Shown: positions 18,410 to 28,387 of the stretch, piece by piece
Layout of the letters: every line of letters starts with the position of its first letter
How positions within the stretch are numbered: the stretch's first letter is position 1
Origin: Gammaproteobacteria bacterium
GTDB taxonomy: Bacteria; Pseudomonadota; Gammaproteobacteria; SZUA-152
Direction: 5' to 3'
Assembly: GCA_021647505.1 (NCBI GenBank)
Contig: JAKIUN010000004.1
Location: forward strand, 18,210 to 82,209
Length of the DNA stretch: 64,000 nucleotides
Made by a program: the position numbers and the translations under genes
Notes under the pieces: generated by a model
Told to the model about the DNA's origin: nothing
Database searches by the model: none
Seen by the model: only the letters and a program-made list of their open reading frames with translations

Positions 18410-19279
18410 TCATGGTTCGTGCTGTGCCGCACCGGGTTCAGGGCTGGCAATATTTTCCAGTGATTCATAGACCGGTTCAGAGCGTTCTTCCAGCACCACG
18501 GTAAAGCCGATAAAAATGGCCATCAGGATGGCGCTGGCGACGGCCACCACCACCCAGAGCGGAATAAATTGACGCAAACTGCGTTTCTGGCCGGACTGGC
18601 TTTGCCAATGTGGCGAGAGTTCGCGCGGAAATTCACCGCGGCGGCGGCGTATATGTTCAAAGACAACATTTCTGAGTTCTTCCAACTTCTCCTGACCCCT
18701 GTCCACGACGGCATAGCGCCCCTTGAAGCCCAGGCTGATGCAGACAAACATCAATTCCAGCAATTCCAGGCTCGCATTGGGATCCTTGAGCAGGCGGTCG
18801 AGAATGACAAAGAAAGTTTCGCCGCCACTGGTCTCGTTGTGCAGGCTGCTGAGTAAGCCTTGCTGGGCCCAGACACTGCTGCTGCCCCAGATGGTATTCA
18901 GAACCGACTCATCGATAAAAGCGCATAGCACATAACGGCCTGTGTAGGTGACATCATTGGCCAAACCCAGTGCCCTGGCCTTGCCTTCAAAGCCTTTGAT
19001 TTCGTCCATGGCCTGCCTGCGCAGACCTTCAACATCGTGATGTGAAACCATGTTGCTTGTGCTACTGGCCAGTTTGAGCAGGGCGGATGCCGTGCCCACC
19101 AGCGGGTTGATGCCCGAGCTTGTGAGTGACAGTTGTTCCGGTGCAATGTAAGACGGTGGAGGTGGGGGCGCAGGAGGTGGTGTAGCTGCGCTCGGTATTG
19201 CGCTGCGCCCGCCCGGTCGGGGGATAAATACGGTTCTGTCATTGTCGCCCGGATGGTCGGATGAGTCGTCGATGGCCAT
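18410..19279 (-). CDS. tssL: T6SS membrane protein TssL (DotU), short form without OmpA domain
   Basis: RYVLCAFIDE, LHNETSGGETFF, LGFKGRY, ELSPHW, C-terminal TM helix. Confidence 0.95.
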   Translation of the reverse strand: MAIDDSSDHPGDNDRTVFIPRPGGRSAIPSAATPPPAPPPPPSYIAPEQLSLTSSGINPLVGTASALLKLASSTSNMVSHHDVEGLRRQAMDEIKGFEGKARALGLANDVTYTGRYVLCAFIDESVLNTIWGSSSVWAQQGLLSSLHNETSGGETFFVILDRLLKDPNASLELLELMFVCISLGFKGRYAVVDRGQEKLEELRNVVFEHIRRRRGEFPRELSPHWQSQSGQKRSLRQFIPLWVVVAVASAILMAIFIGFTVVLEERSEPVYESLENIASPEPGAAQHEP

Positions 19280-19288
19280 GCTTGTTAC

Positions 19289-20626
19289 CTAGGTGCTTCC
19301 CTTGATCGCCCAAAGTTCCATTTCCAGACCGGAAAACGTTCCCGATACATGGACAGCAATTGCCCCGGATTTTTCCAGTCCCTGCCAATACTCGCTGCTT
19401 CGATCAAGTTCGAAATAGGTATATCCGGCATGGTAGGGAATGTGGCGAGGGGCGACCGGTAGCAGGCGCAAGCCGATGCCGGGCAGCCCGGAATTCACCA
19501 TCTGACGAATATAGTCAGAGGGACCGATTTTTACCTGTGCCGGAAATTGGGCCTGCAATGCCTCCTGGCGCAGATTGGCTTTAACCGCCAGAACAAACTG
19601 CGCCTGCTTGAACAAGTCGGTATCGGAAACCGTTGCCAGGTGAATGCCGTAATTGCGTTTTTCCAGCGCTACGGCGATGGCGTTTTGTTCCAGCACCAGG
19701 GTAAGTGAACGCCGCAGTTCATCCATCACAGTGGCAAAGCTGTTTTCATGGTCATCCTGTTGATAGGCGGGAAAGGCGGGCGGACGCTTCCCGTCTGCGG
19801 TGAATGTTGCCAGTTCTCCGGCGAGTTGGACGGCAGTGCGATAAAAACTCTCTGGATGCAGCCTGGGTAGCTTGTCCAGGTGTTCGATGAGTGGCGTTAC
19901 ACGATTGACCAGTTGCAACATCATGAAGTCTGAGATTTCAGCCACTCCGGCACCGATGCCGGATGTCCGGTCAACCAAGGCTTTGCTCCGATGCTTCAAC
20001 AAACCGAGCAGCTCAGTGATGAAGCCCTTGAGCTTCGGGCTGGCGGAACAGTCGAGGCAGGGAGGAATAAAGGCCTCGTCGAGGACAACGCCCTTGTCCG
20101 GGCGGGTTTCCTGGATGCGCGCCAAACCAAGACAGGAAAAGTGATCACGCTCTTCATCGGCCAGCATCAAACGCATTTGCAGCTGGCCAACTTGAAGCGG
20201 AACGGTTTTGTCATGGCCGGTCACATTATCGCTCACATCCAGTTCAAACGGGCGATAGCGGGCCAACAGTACATTATTGCCGCTGATGTCGGTTTCGGCC
20301 ATGCCCTGGCGGCTCAGGGGTAATGATAGAAATACCGTCTGTTGATGCAGTTCTTCCGGGATACTTAATGGCGGCGGTGGTGGGGCGTCAGCCGGAATAT
20401 TGAAAGCCGTGCCATCAGGCATGATGCCCCGGCACGAGCGAATAGAAAACTTCCCCAGCACCAGCAATTCACTATCAATATCCAGGGAGGTGATGCCCCA
20501 GCTCCAGGCTTGCAGGCTTTCACTGCGCGCATCAATCAGGCTTTCAAGATAGCGATCATGTTGTTGAAAATGATGAGGGTGAAGGAAGGTGCCTTCCGAC
20601 CAGATAACCTTGTTACGCCATGACAT
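19289..20626 (-). CDS. tssK: T6SS baseplate subunit TssK
   Basis: MSWRNKVIWSEGTFLHPHHFQQHDRY...ELWAIK; start set at ATG 20626. Confidence 0.96.
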   Translation of the reverse strand: MSWRNKVIWSEGTFLHPHHFQQHDRYLESLIDARSESLQAWSWGITSLDIDSELLVLGKFSIRSCRGIMPDGTAFNIPADAPPPPPLSIPEELHQQTVFLSLPLSRQGMAETDISGNNVLLARYRPFELDVSDNVTGHDKTVPLQVGQLQMRLMLADEERDHFSCLGLARIQETRPDKGVVLDEAFIPPCLDCSASPKLKGFITELLGLLKHRSKALVDRTSGIGAGVAEISDFMMLQLVNRVTPLIEHLDKLPRLHPESFYRTAVQLAGELATFTADGKRPPAFPAYQQDDHENSFATVMDELRRSLTLVLEQNAIAVALEKRNYGIHLATVSDTDLFKQAQFVLAVKANLRQEALQAQFPAQVKIGPSDYIRQMVNSGLPGIGLRLLPVAPRHIPYHAGYTYFELDRSSEYWQGLEKSGAIAVHVSGTFSGLEMELWAIKGST

Positions 20627-20643
20627 AGGTCTTTTCCAAATTA

Positions 20644-20688
20644 GGGGCCGTCCATCAATCACTGACCCAGTAATTGATGGACGGCCCC
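20644..20688 (-). other. Long intra-operonic stem-loop between tssJ and tssK
   Basis: GGGGCCGTCCATCAAT / ATTGATGGACGGCCCC is a perfect 16-bp stem, extending to 21 bp with one U-G pair on the mRNA strand. Confidence 0.8.
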
Positions 20689-20694
20689 ATTGCC

Positions 20695-21180
20695 TTATTT
20701 GTGGTCTATTGTGACAGATTGTTTTCCAATCTTTACGATAAATGTGTTGGTCTTGTTCAGTTTCAGTTCTGCCGTGGCACGCCATATGGCCTGATCGATA
20801 TCACGGAATGCCGCCAATACAGCAAAGACGCGGGTATTATCCTGGGGTTTGAACATCAGTTCACGCCCTTCACCCGGTGAAACTTCAAATTCCTGGCGGG
20901 CGATCAGATCCCCCCCCAGGGTTGCCGCCTCGTCGTCGTAAAGTTGAAAAAACTCTGCACTATTAAAGATATCCGTTGAGGTTAATTCGTAGATACGAAC
21001 CACAAGCGGTGAGGGACGGTTGTTGATGTCCGGGTTGATCTCATGTGATGCCAGGATCTGCGCCTTGATTTTGGTGGGGAAAATGGTCGGCAACTTGGAA
21101 GCGCAGGCGGTCAATGCGAGCAGTACGAAGATGCAGCCTAGAAGGCGTATCATGTGGTGAGCGGTTTTGCCCATAATCAT
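20695..21180 (-). CDS. tssJ: T6SS lipoprotein TssJ
   Basis: Lipobox LTAC, INPD..RPSPLVVRIYEL, AAFRDI...WR; AGGA RBS before ATG 21180. Confidence 0.95.
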   Translation of the reverse strand: MIMGKTAHHMIRLLGCIFVLLALTACASKLPTIFPTKIKAQILASHEINPDINNRPSPLVVRIYELTSTDIFNSAEFFQLYDDEAATLGGDLIARQEFEVSPGEGRELMFKPQDNTRVFAVLAAFRDIDQAIWRATAELKLNKTNTFIVKIGKQSVTIDHK

Positions 21181-21203
21181 AGTTCCTTTCTCTTTTGTTC
21201 GCA

Positions 21204-22571
21204 TTATTTTTTGGCACGCTTAAGCTCTGCGATCTGTTGCTCGTAGGCACTGGCGAATTCATCGCCGAGGAGATGCAAAAAGTCGTTTTCCGCATCGGCC
21301 TCGGCTATCCGGTAGCGGTGCTTGAATAAATCCCAATACTTGGCCTTTCTAATAAATGGAAGCAGGCCATCAATGGTGGATACGCTCTGGAATTCTTTTT
21401 CCACACTTTCCGGGTCAAAGCGGTGTACCAGGGTGCTCAGTGCGCCCCGCAGGCCGGATAGTGTAGCCATCTGGTGGGCCTGGATGTCGTCAATGGCCTC
21501 CTGTACCGATTCGATGGGAGGAAGATAGCCTTTTTCTGTTGGGAACAGAAGCTTGGCCAAGGCGCCATTTGCATCAATCGAGAATTTGAAGGGATTGTTC
21601 TGCGCCGGACGGATGGTCGTGACGCCGAGACGAAATTCACTCTTCAGGCTGGTTCGTGTTTCAAGGATCTGTTTATAGCCTTCACTCATAACACCTAACA
21701 GTCTTCCCGCAGAAGCCATAAATTCATTGATTTCATCCGGCGAGAGCGTGCTTGACTCAAGCCCGGCGCCCTGTAAAAAGGCATTCACAGCTTGATTGCC
21801 GGCGGTGGAGTCGATGGGTGCATCGGGTTTTGCGGCAGGTATTTTTTTCTCCTGCTGGGTTTGGCTTGGCTGGAGCCTGGCTTCTATGGGTTCGCTTATG
21901 GGCTCACTGCTAGACGGAAACGGGACGGACTCCTCCGGGCCGGTTTTTTCCTCAGCCTGGATATCCCAGCCTTCAGGAATTGCCTGTGGTGGTTGGAAAA
22001 ACTGTTGATCTGCCGCACCATGTTCGGCGGCAGTGGCAGGTTTTTCTGCAGCCGATACGGCCAGACTGCTAAAATCAAAATCGTCAAAAAGGTTTTCCGG
22101 GCCTGGTTTCTCCCCATGCATTAAAGATTCGGGTATTGCTGCGTAGGGGGGAGAAATCTCCGGCTGATTTTCTACAGCACCCCAAAGTTTCCCCGGGGGC
22201 TCTGCCACAAGGCCGGCTTCAGGTCTGGGGATACCGGCTTCCTCCTGGCTCAGTGAAATGCGGCATTCGTATTCACCGATCGTGAGGGTGTCGCCGTCAT
22301 AGAGCTGGACACTGTGTCCCCGGCCAACGGGTTCAGGCGCGTGGTTGATGAAGGTGCCATTGGTACTGTTGTCACTGAGATAATAATGGCCGTTCTCGTA
22401 ATAAACAGAGGCATGTTGGTGGGAAACTATTCTGTCAGCATCTGGAAGAACGAAGTCGTTATCAGGGGCACGGCCAATGCTGCAGTCTTCACGGCCTATA
22501 GTGATAGTAAGCTTTTCATGTGTTCGATTTTGATAGCTTGTAACACACAGGACAAGAGTCATTGAGTGCAT
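21204..22571 (-). CDS. tagH: T6SS FHA-domain protein TagH (Fha)
   Basis: FHA motifs IGR..DND..VSHQHA..STNGTF; C-terminal TTIRPAQNNPFKF, HQMA, FASAYEQQ. Confidence 0.93.
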   Translation of the reverse strand: MHSMTLVLCVTSYQNRTHEKLTITIGREDCSIGRAPDNDFVLPDADRIVSHQHASVYYENGHYYLSDNSTNGTFINHAPEPVGRGHSVQLYDGDTLTIGEYECRISLSQEEAGIPRPEAGLVAEPPGKLWGAVENQPEISPPYAAIPESLMHGEKPGPENLFDDFDFSSLAVSAAEKPATAAEHGAADQQFFQPPQAIPEGWDIQAEEKTGPEESVPFPSSSEPISEPIEARLQPSQTQQEKKIPAAKPDAPIDSTAGNQAVNAFLQGAGLESSTLSPDEINEFMASAGRLLGVMSEGYKQILETRTSLKSEFRLGVTTIRPAQNNPFKFSIDANGALAKLLFPTEKGYLPPIESVQEAIDDIQAHQMATLSGLRGALSTLVHRFDPESVEKEFQSVSTIDGLLPFIRKAKYWDLFKHRYRIAEADAENDFLHLLGDEFASAYEQQIAELKRAKK

Positions 22572-23110
22572 CCTGTTTTACGAAAATAAAAAACCCCTTC
22601 GAGTTGACTTCCCTATAACTGCCCTGACATCTAGCTTGTTGTTTTTTATGGCATTTGTTCACAATGCTGACAGTATAGGCAAAACAGTCACGATCAGGGG
22701 GCTTTGTCCTTAATTGAGAAAACTTAAAACAATAGCCTACTCTAATCCATCTACCTGAGCAGTGACACTTTCCGTTAAGATTTCGTGAAAACATCCAGAG
22801 ATGTGCATCAAAGAGTAATGATGTTAGGAAACTTGTTGGTTCTTTCTCGGCGTTGAAGCTCTTTTACAAATCGATCATATAGTCAGAGACTAAGCCAGAT
22901 ATAGCGCATAAGCAAGTTCCAGTCAGGGAGACGTCACCCTTAAATAAAGGCCTACTTTTATCAGGCGAATGGCGGGGAATCCGATCCAGAGAGATCAAGC
23001 GATACCGCCTGTAGCTGCCTGTTATGAGAAAATATATTCTATTATGCGGGTGGTCATGAGAGACTCCCCATACTGCTTTTCCTGGCGACCGCCTAACCCT
23101 TTGTTTTGAT

Positions 23111-23171
23111 GGAGCTTTAGCCGCAGTGGCTATAATGACAAGTTGTTTGCGACGGCTAAAGCCGCTCCTGC
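23111..23171. repeat. Degenerate GTAGGAGCG-type REP doublet
   Basis: GGAGCTTTAGCCG...CGGCTAAAGCCGCTCCTGC. Confidence 0.6.
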
Positions 23172-23305
23172 AACATAATTCCCTCCCCGCCAGCTTGCAG
23201 TGGAGTCGTTGATTGCGCTGTCATAGCGTCGCAGATTCGGGGTGATAGTTAAAGGTACGCCTGCTGTGCACAATACCCCTAAATAAAGACGGTTGAGCGA
23301 GCACT

Positions 23306-24649
23306 ATGTTTGTCAACGGTAAAACCCGGCGCGCCACGCGCATTCAGAACACCCTGTTTCTAATCCTGTTCCTCGCCCTGGTGGGGATGCTGGCGTGGCT
23401 CAGCACGCGCTACACCTTTACCGCAGATTGGACCACCACGGGCCGCAACACCCTCTCCACCGCCAGCAGCGAGCTGCTCGAACAGCTCGATGATCCGGTC
23501 AGCATCACCGCCTTCGCCACCGAGGACCAGTCGATACGGCATGCCATCCGTGATCTGTTGGCACGCTATCAGCGCCACAAGCGTGACATCACCCTGGAAT
23601 TCATCAACCCGGATCTGCAACCGGCACGGGTACGCGAGCTGGGTATCCGCGTCAACGGTGAGCTGCTGATCGAGTATCAGGGCCGGCAGGAAAAACTCGC
23701 CAGTGTGTCCGAGCAAAGTATCACCAACGCCTTGCAGCGGCTGGCGCGCAGCGGTGAGCGCTGGCTAGTATTCCTCGAAGGCCACGGCGAACGCAGGCCG
23801 CTGGGCGAGGCTAATCACGACCTCGGTGCCTGGGGTAAGCGCCTGGAGGAGAAGGGTTTCAAGATCCAGTCGTTGAATCTGGCTGCCACTCCGCCCATTC
23901 CCGACAACACGGCGGTGCTGGTGCTGGCCGGCCCGCAGACGAACCTGATGCCAGGTGAGGTGGCGCTGATCCAGCAGTTCATTGAGGGTGGAGGTAATCT
24001 GCTGTGGCTTGGCGATCCCGGTGATCTGCACGGTTTGCAGCCGTTGGCCGATGCCCTGGGCGTGCATTTTGTGCCCGGCATCATCGTCGACCCGACCACC
24101 CAGGTGCTGGGCATTTCCGACCCGCGCCTGGCCATCGCCAGCACCTACCCACCCCACCCGGTGACGCGTAATTTCGATGTCATTACCCTGTTTCCGCAGG
24201 CTGCTGGCATCAAGCACGAGCTGCCCGCCGGTTGGCAGGGGCAGGCCATTCTTGTTTCGGCCGAGCGCAGCTGGTCTGAAACAAGTGAGCTGAGCGGGCA
24301 GATCGCCTTCGACGAAGGGCGGGACACCCTGGGGCCGCTGACTTTCGGCGTGGTGATGAGCCGCGCGCGCGGCGATGCCGGTGAACAGCGTGTGGTGATT
24401 ATCGGCGACGGTGACTTTCTTTCCAATGCTTACCTGGGCAACGGTGGCAATCTCCCCCTGGGCATGAATCTCATCAACTGGCTGGCCCACGATGATCGCT
24501 TCATTGACATCCCGGTGAAGGTCGCGCCGGATCGCACCCTGAGCTTTTCTCCACTGGCGCAGGGCGTCATTGGTTTTGGCTGGCTAATACTGTTGCCGCT
24601 GGGGCTGGCAGCGACCGGTGCCGTTATTTGGTGGCGGCGCGGGCGTTGA
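23306..24649 (+). CDS. GldG-family ABC-transporter auxiliary component
   Basis: DWTTTGRNTLS, FINPD..P, FLEGHGER, VIIGDGDFLSN..GN...NLINWL; TM helices at both ends. Confidence 0.88.
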   Translation: MFVNGKTRRATRIQNTLFLILFLALVGMLAWLSTRYTFTADWTTTGRNTLSTASSELLEQLDDPVSITAFATEDQSIRHAIRDLLARYQRHKRDITLEFINPDLQPARVRELGIRVNGELLIEYQGRQEKLASVSEQSITNALQRLARSGERWLVFLEGHGERRPLGEANHDLGAWGKRLEEKGFKIQSLNLAATPPIPDNTAVLVLAGPQTNLMPGEVALIQQFIEGGGNLLWLGDPGDLHGLQPLADALGVHFVPGIIVDPTTQVLGISDPRLAIASTYPPHPVTRNFDVITLFPQAAGIKHELPAGWQGQAILVSAERSWSETSELSGQIAFDEGRDTLGPLTFGVVMSRARGDAGEQRVVIIGDGDFLSNAYLGNGGNLPLGMNLINWLAHDDRFIDIPVKVAPDRTLSFSPLAQGVIGFGWLILLPLGLAATGAVIWWRRGR

Positions 24650-24695
24650 TACAGGAGGTTTTGCCACCACTACGCTGAGAAATCGAGAGATAAAT

Positions 24696-25565
24696 ATGAA
24701 TTCCCGCAATCTGCTCAATCTGGCATTGGCTGCGGTGGTGTTCGCGCTGGGTACGCTGATCTGGTTTAGCCAGCAGGCGCCGCCGGCGCCCGAGCCTGAA
24801 CGGCTGACCACGCTCACCGAGGCCGACATCACGCGCATCGAGATCCGCCCCGCACGCCATGCCGATGTGGTGCTGGAACGGCGCGGCAGCGAATGGTGGC
24901 TGGTCAAGCCCCTCACCGCCCGTGCCGACATGGCCCGGGTCGATGCCGCCATCGGCCTTGCCCGCGCGCGCAGTCTGGCCGGCTACGCTACCAGCGCGAT
25001 GGATGTGCAACAGGCCGGGTTGGTATCGCCGGATCTGGTGTTGCGTGTCAACGATGTCACCCTGGAGCTCGGCGGTACCGAGCCCCTGCGCGGACAGCGT
25101 TTTGTGCGCCTGGGTGATCGTGTGCACCTGATCGTCGACCGTTACAGCTATCTACTACAGGGTGGGTTGGCCTCACTGGTCAGCCCCCAGCTGTTGCCGA
25201 CGGGCGCGCGTCTGCAGGAGATCGTACTGCCGGGGCTGCACCTGTTGCAGCGCAACGGCCTTTGGCAGTTGGCCGATAGTGAGGCCGGCTCTGCCGATGC
25301 ACTGCAAGCACTGGTGGACGAATGGCGGCATGCCCACGCCCTGCGCGTCAGTCGCCGTGATGGCGACGAGGACGGTGAGACCATCACCTTGCGCTTGGCC
25401 GCCGACGCATCACCGGTTTACTTCATTCTCCAGCGCGACGAGGATGAGGTTCTGTTCATCCGTCCGGATCTGGGCCTGGCTTATCATTTCCTGCCGGCCG
25501 TCGCCGAACGTCTGCTGGCCTTGCCTTCTGTCGAAAGCGTGACTGGCGGAGACACCGATGCCTGA
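24696..25565 (+). CDS. DUF4340 domain protein
   Basis: N-terminal TM helix, WWLVKP..RAD, AGLVSP..L; usual gldG partner. Confidence 0.78.
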   Translation: MNSRNLLNLALAAVVFALGTLIWFSQQAPPAPEPERLTTLTEADITRIEIRPARHADVVLERRGSEWWLVKPLTARADMARVDAAIGLARARSLAGYATSAMDVQQAGLVSPDLVLRVNDVTLELGGTEPLRGQRFVRLGDRVHLIVDRYSYLLQGGLASLVSPQLLPTGARLQEIVLPGLHLLQRNGLWQLADSEAGSADALQALVDEWRHAHALRVSRRDGDEDGETITLRLAADASPVYFILQRDEDEVLFIRPDLGLAYHFLPAVAERLLALPSVESVTGGDTDA

Positions 25566-26373
25566 ACTGCCGGAGGTCGAAACCACCCGTCGCGGCATCG
25601 CGCCGCACATCGAGGGTGAACGGGTGCGTGAGGTGGTGGTACGACAGCCGCGCCTGCGCTGGCCGGTACCGGTGCGGCTGAAGGCAGCACTGTGCGGGCA
25701 AACCATCGACACGGTACACCGCCGGGGTAAATACTTGTTGTTAAGGTCTGCCACCGGCACGGTGATTCTGCACCTCGGCATGTCCGGCAGTTTGCACGTG
25801 GTGGCAGCCGGGACGCCTGCGGGCAAGCACGATCACGTCGATATCATCTTCACCAATGGTTGCTGCCTGCGCCTGCGTGACCCGCGGCGATTCGGTGCCG
25901 TACTGTGGACTACGCGTGCGGTGGAGGCTCATAAACTGCTACAGGGACTGGGACCGGAGCCCTTGTCTGATAGCTTCGATACGGATTATTTGTTGACTGC
26001 CTCTCGCGCCCGCCGCGTCAGTATCAAGGCCTTTATCATGGACAGCAAAGTGGTGGTGGGGGTGGGTAACATCTACGCCAGTGAATCGCTGTTCATGGCC
26101 GGTATCCACCCGAAGACCGCCGCCGGTCGTATTGGAAGGGTACGCTATGAACGGCTGGTTAGGGCGATAAAACAGGTGCTGGACAGAGCCATCGAACAGG
26201 GTGGCACGACCCTGCGTGATTTCACCAATAGCGAGGGCAAGCCGGGTTATTTCCAGCAACAGCTGCGGGTTTATGGTCGTGCTGGCGAGGCCTGCCTGAG
26301 TTGTAACGGCCGCATCCGCAGTCTGCAGTTAGGGCAGAGGAATACCTTTTATTGCCCACAGTGCCAGCATTGA
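25558..26373 (+). CDS. mutM: Formamidopyrimidine-DNA glycosylase
   Basis: MPELPEVET, HLGMSG, DPRRFG, GVGNIYASE and a C-terminal zinc finger. Confidence 0.98.
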   Translation: MPELPEVETTRRGIAPHIEGERVREVVVRQPRLRWPVPVRLKAALCGQTIDTVHRRGKYLLLRSATGTVILHLGMSGSLHVVAAGTPAGKHDHVDIIFTNGCCLRLRDPRRFGAVLWTTRAVEAHKLLQGLGPEPLSDSFDTDYLLTASRARRVSIKAFIMDSKVVVGVGNIYASESLFMAGIHPKTAAGRIGRVRYERLVRAIKQVLDRAIEQGGTTLRDFTNSEGKPGYFQQQLRVYGRAGEACLSCNGRIRSLQLGQRNTFYCPQCQH

Positions 26374-26397
26374 TGGATCACTCGTGTAGCGGCGTGC

Positions 26398-26422
26398 AAA
26401 AAAAGCCCGCAGGTGCGGGCTT
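26398..26422 (-). terminator. Rho-independent terminator of the csp transcript
   Basis: Minus strand AAGCCCGCA-CC-TGCGGGC-TTTTTTT. Confidence 0.8.
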
Positions 26423-26537
26423 AGGAGATCGTCGGATTTGGGTCATCGTCACGGGAATGACGGAATATTGGTCGCCCTTCTGGTGTTGTCGACGGCACAA
26501 CCCATTATTTCCGAACTCGACCGACTCCAGGTATGTT

Positions 26538-26744
26538 TTAACAAGGCTGGACGTTGACCGCCGAGAGTCCTTTTTGGCCATTTTCAACCTCAAATGAAAC
26601 GGTTTGGCCTTCGGCGAGGCTCTTGAAGCCGGTGCCTGTAATACTGGAATGATGTACGAACACATCCTCCCCACCTTCTTGCGGTTCGATGAATCCAAAA
26701 CCCTTAGCGTCATTAAACCACTTGACGGTACCTTGTTGCGCCAT
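26538..26744 (-). CDS. Cold-shock domain protein
   Basis: [19 protein letters not shown]...DVFVHHSSI...GFKSLAEGQ; AGGAG RBS. Confidence 0.96.
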   Translation of the reverse strand: MAQQGTVKWFNDAKGFGFIEPQEGGEDVFVHHSSITGTGFKSLAEGQTVSFEVENGQKGLSAVNVQPC

Positions 26745-26932
26745 TTTGCTACTCCTTTGTTGTTGATTGTTGTTTTCTTGACCAGACAAGCGCCTGAATC
26801 GGGTGCCGAAACAGCCTACCCAAGTCCGGCAGGCTCTCAGCAGACAGCGTCAGTGGTACCGATACTGGACTGGCGGGGCACTTTTCGATGCCCCCGCTGA
26901 CAAGCCCGGCTGTCTGCAGGCTGCTAAGTATA
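26745..26932 (-). promoter_or_regulatory. csp -10 box and long structured 5' UTR
   Basis: TATACT at 26932-26927; about 180-nt leader containing the GCGGGGGCA..TGCCCCGC stem, typical of cspA-type leaders. Confidence 0.5.
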
Positions 26933-27073
26933 CCTTCCCATTATGAAAAATGTCGCACTTGTCACACTTGTGTGTACTTATCCGCTCAGTAGCAGCCTGC
27001 TCAGCTGGCCGGTTCACTCAACGGCTTCCAGGTAGGCCCTGCGTGGTTTGGCCTGACGCTGCGGTCGTGCAGA

Positions 27074-28387
27074 TCAGCGGGCGAGCTGATCCATCAATTC
27101 CGGCAGCCAGAGGGCGATCTGCGGGAACAGTATCACCAGGCTCAGTGCCACCAGTTGAATAGCGACAAAGGGCAGGACACCACGGTAAATCTGCTGCATG
27201 CGTATTTCGGGGGGGGCGGCGGCTTTGAGATAGAACAGCGAAAAGCCAAAGGGCGGAGTCAGGAAGGAGGTTTGCAGGTTCAGTGCGATGAGCACCGCAA
27301 ACCACAGCGGATCCACGCCCAGGTACATGGCGATGGGGGCGAGGATAGGCACCACGATGAAGCTGATCTCGATGAAGTCGAGGAAGAAACCGAGCACGAA
27401 GATGATCAGCATGCTGACGAGCAGGAAGCCCCACTGACCACCGGGCAAAGAGGTCATTAACTCCAGTACCAGGTCGTCTCCGCCAAGGCCGCGAAAGACC
27501 AGGCCGAAGGCCGTGGCGCCCATCAGAATGAGGAACACCATACTGGTCATGCGCGTGGTACTACGCATGGCCTCGCGCAGATTGTTCAAGTTCAGGCGGC
27601 GGTGTATGGCGGCCAGCAGCATGGCGCCCAGAGCACCCACGGCGGCGGATTCTGTGGGTGAGGCAACGCCGAAGAAGATGGAGCCGAGCACGGCAAAAAT
27701 GAGTAGCAGCGGCGGGATCAGGCTCTTGATGACCTGGGGCAGCAGGGGGCCAGCGCCAGCCTTGGGTGTTATCGCTGGGGCCGAGTCCGGCCGCCAGCGC
27801 GCCACCAGCAAAATATAGATAATGAACAGCACGATGAGCAGCCCTCCCGGGATGACAGCCGCCGCAAACAGCTGCCCGACCGGCACGCCGATGATATCGC
27901 CGAGCAGGATCAAAACGATGCTGGGTGGCACGATCTGCCCCAGGGTACCGGAGGCGGCAATGGTACCGGTGGCCAGCTCAGGCTTGTAGCCGTGACGTAG
28001 CATTACCGGCAGGGCAATCACTGCCATGGTCACCACCGTCGCCCCGACCACGCCGGTGGTGGCGGCCAGCAAGGCGCCGACCAGAACGATAGATATGCCC
28101 ATGCCGCCGCGTAGCTGCCCGAACAGGCGACTCATGGTCTCCAGCAGTTCTTCCGCCAGGCCGGATTTCTCCAGTATCACCCCCATGAAGACGAACAACG
28201 GCACCGCCAGCAGGGTGAAGTTGGTCATGATGCCCCAGATACGCAAGGGCAGCAGGGCGAAAAAATCGAGGCCCAGGAGCACGCCGCCGAACAGCAGTGA
28301 CACCGCGCCCAGGGTGAAAGCTACCGGGTAGCCCAGCAGGAGCAGGGCCACGGTGGCGGCTAGCATGATTAGCGCCCAGATTTCCAT
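27074..28387 (-). CDS. dctM: TRAP transporter large permease
   Basis: LLAVPLFVFMG, ASGTLGQIVPPS, SPTESAAVGA, QTSFLTPPFG. Confidence 0.93.
   Translation of the reverse strand: MEIWALIMLAATVALLLLGYPVAFTLGAVSLLFGGVLLGLDFFALLPLRIWGIMTNFTLLAVPLFVFMGVILEKSGLAEELLETMSRLFGQLRGGMGISIVLVGALLAATTGVVGATVVTMAVIALPVMLRHGYKPELATGTIAASGTLGQIVPPSIVLILLGDIIGVPVGQLFAAAVIPGGLLIVLFIIYILLVARWRPDSAPAITPKAGAGPLLPQVIKSLIPPLLLIFAVLGSIFFGVASPTESAAVGALGAMLLAAIHRRLNLNNLREAMRSTTRMTSMVFLILMGATAFGLVFRGLGGDDLVLELMTSLPGGQWGFLLVSMLIIFVLGFFLDFIEISFIVVPILAPIAMYLGVDPLWFAVLIALNLQTSFLTPPFGFSLFYLKAAAPPEIRMQQIYRGVLPFVAIQLVALSLVILFPQIALWLPELMDQLAR

Noticed and set aside
22648-22668. Possible sigma-54 promoter upstream of the T6SS
   Set aside because: GG to GC spacing is wrong and it is on the opposite strand.
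23025-23052. Possible dif site (..ATTATGCG..)
   Set aside because: The XerD arm does not match TTATGTTAAAT.
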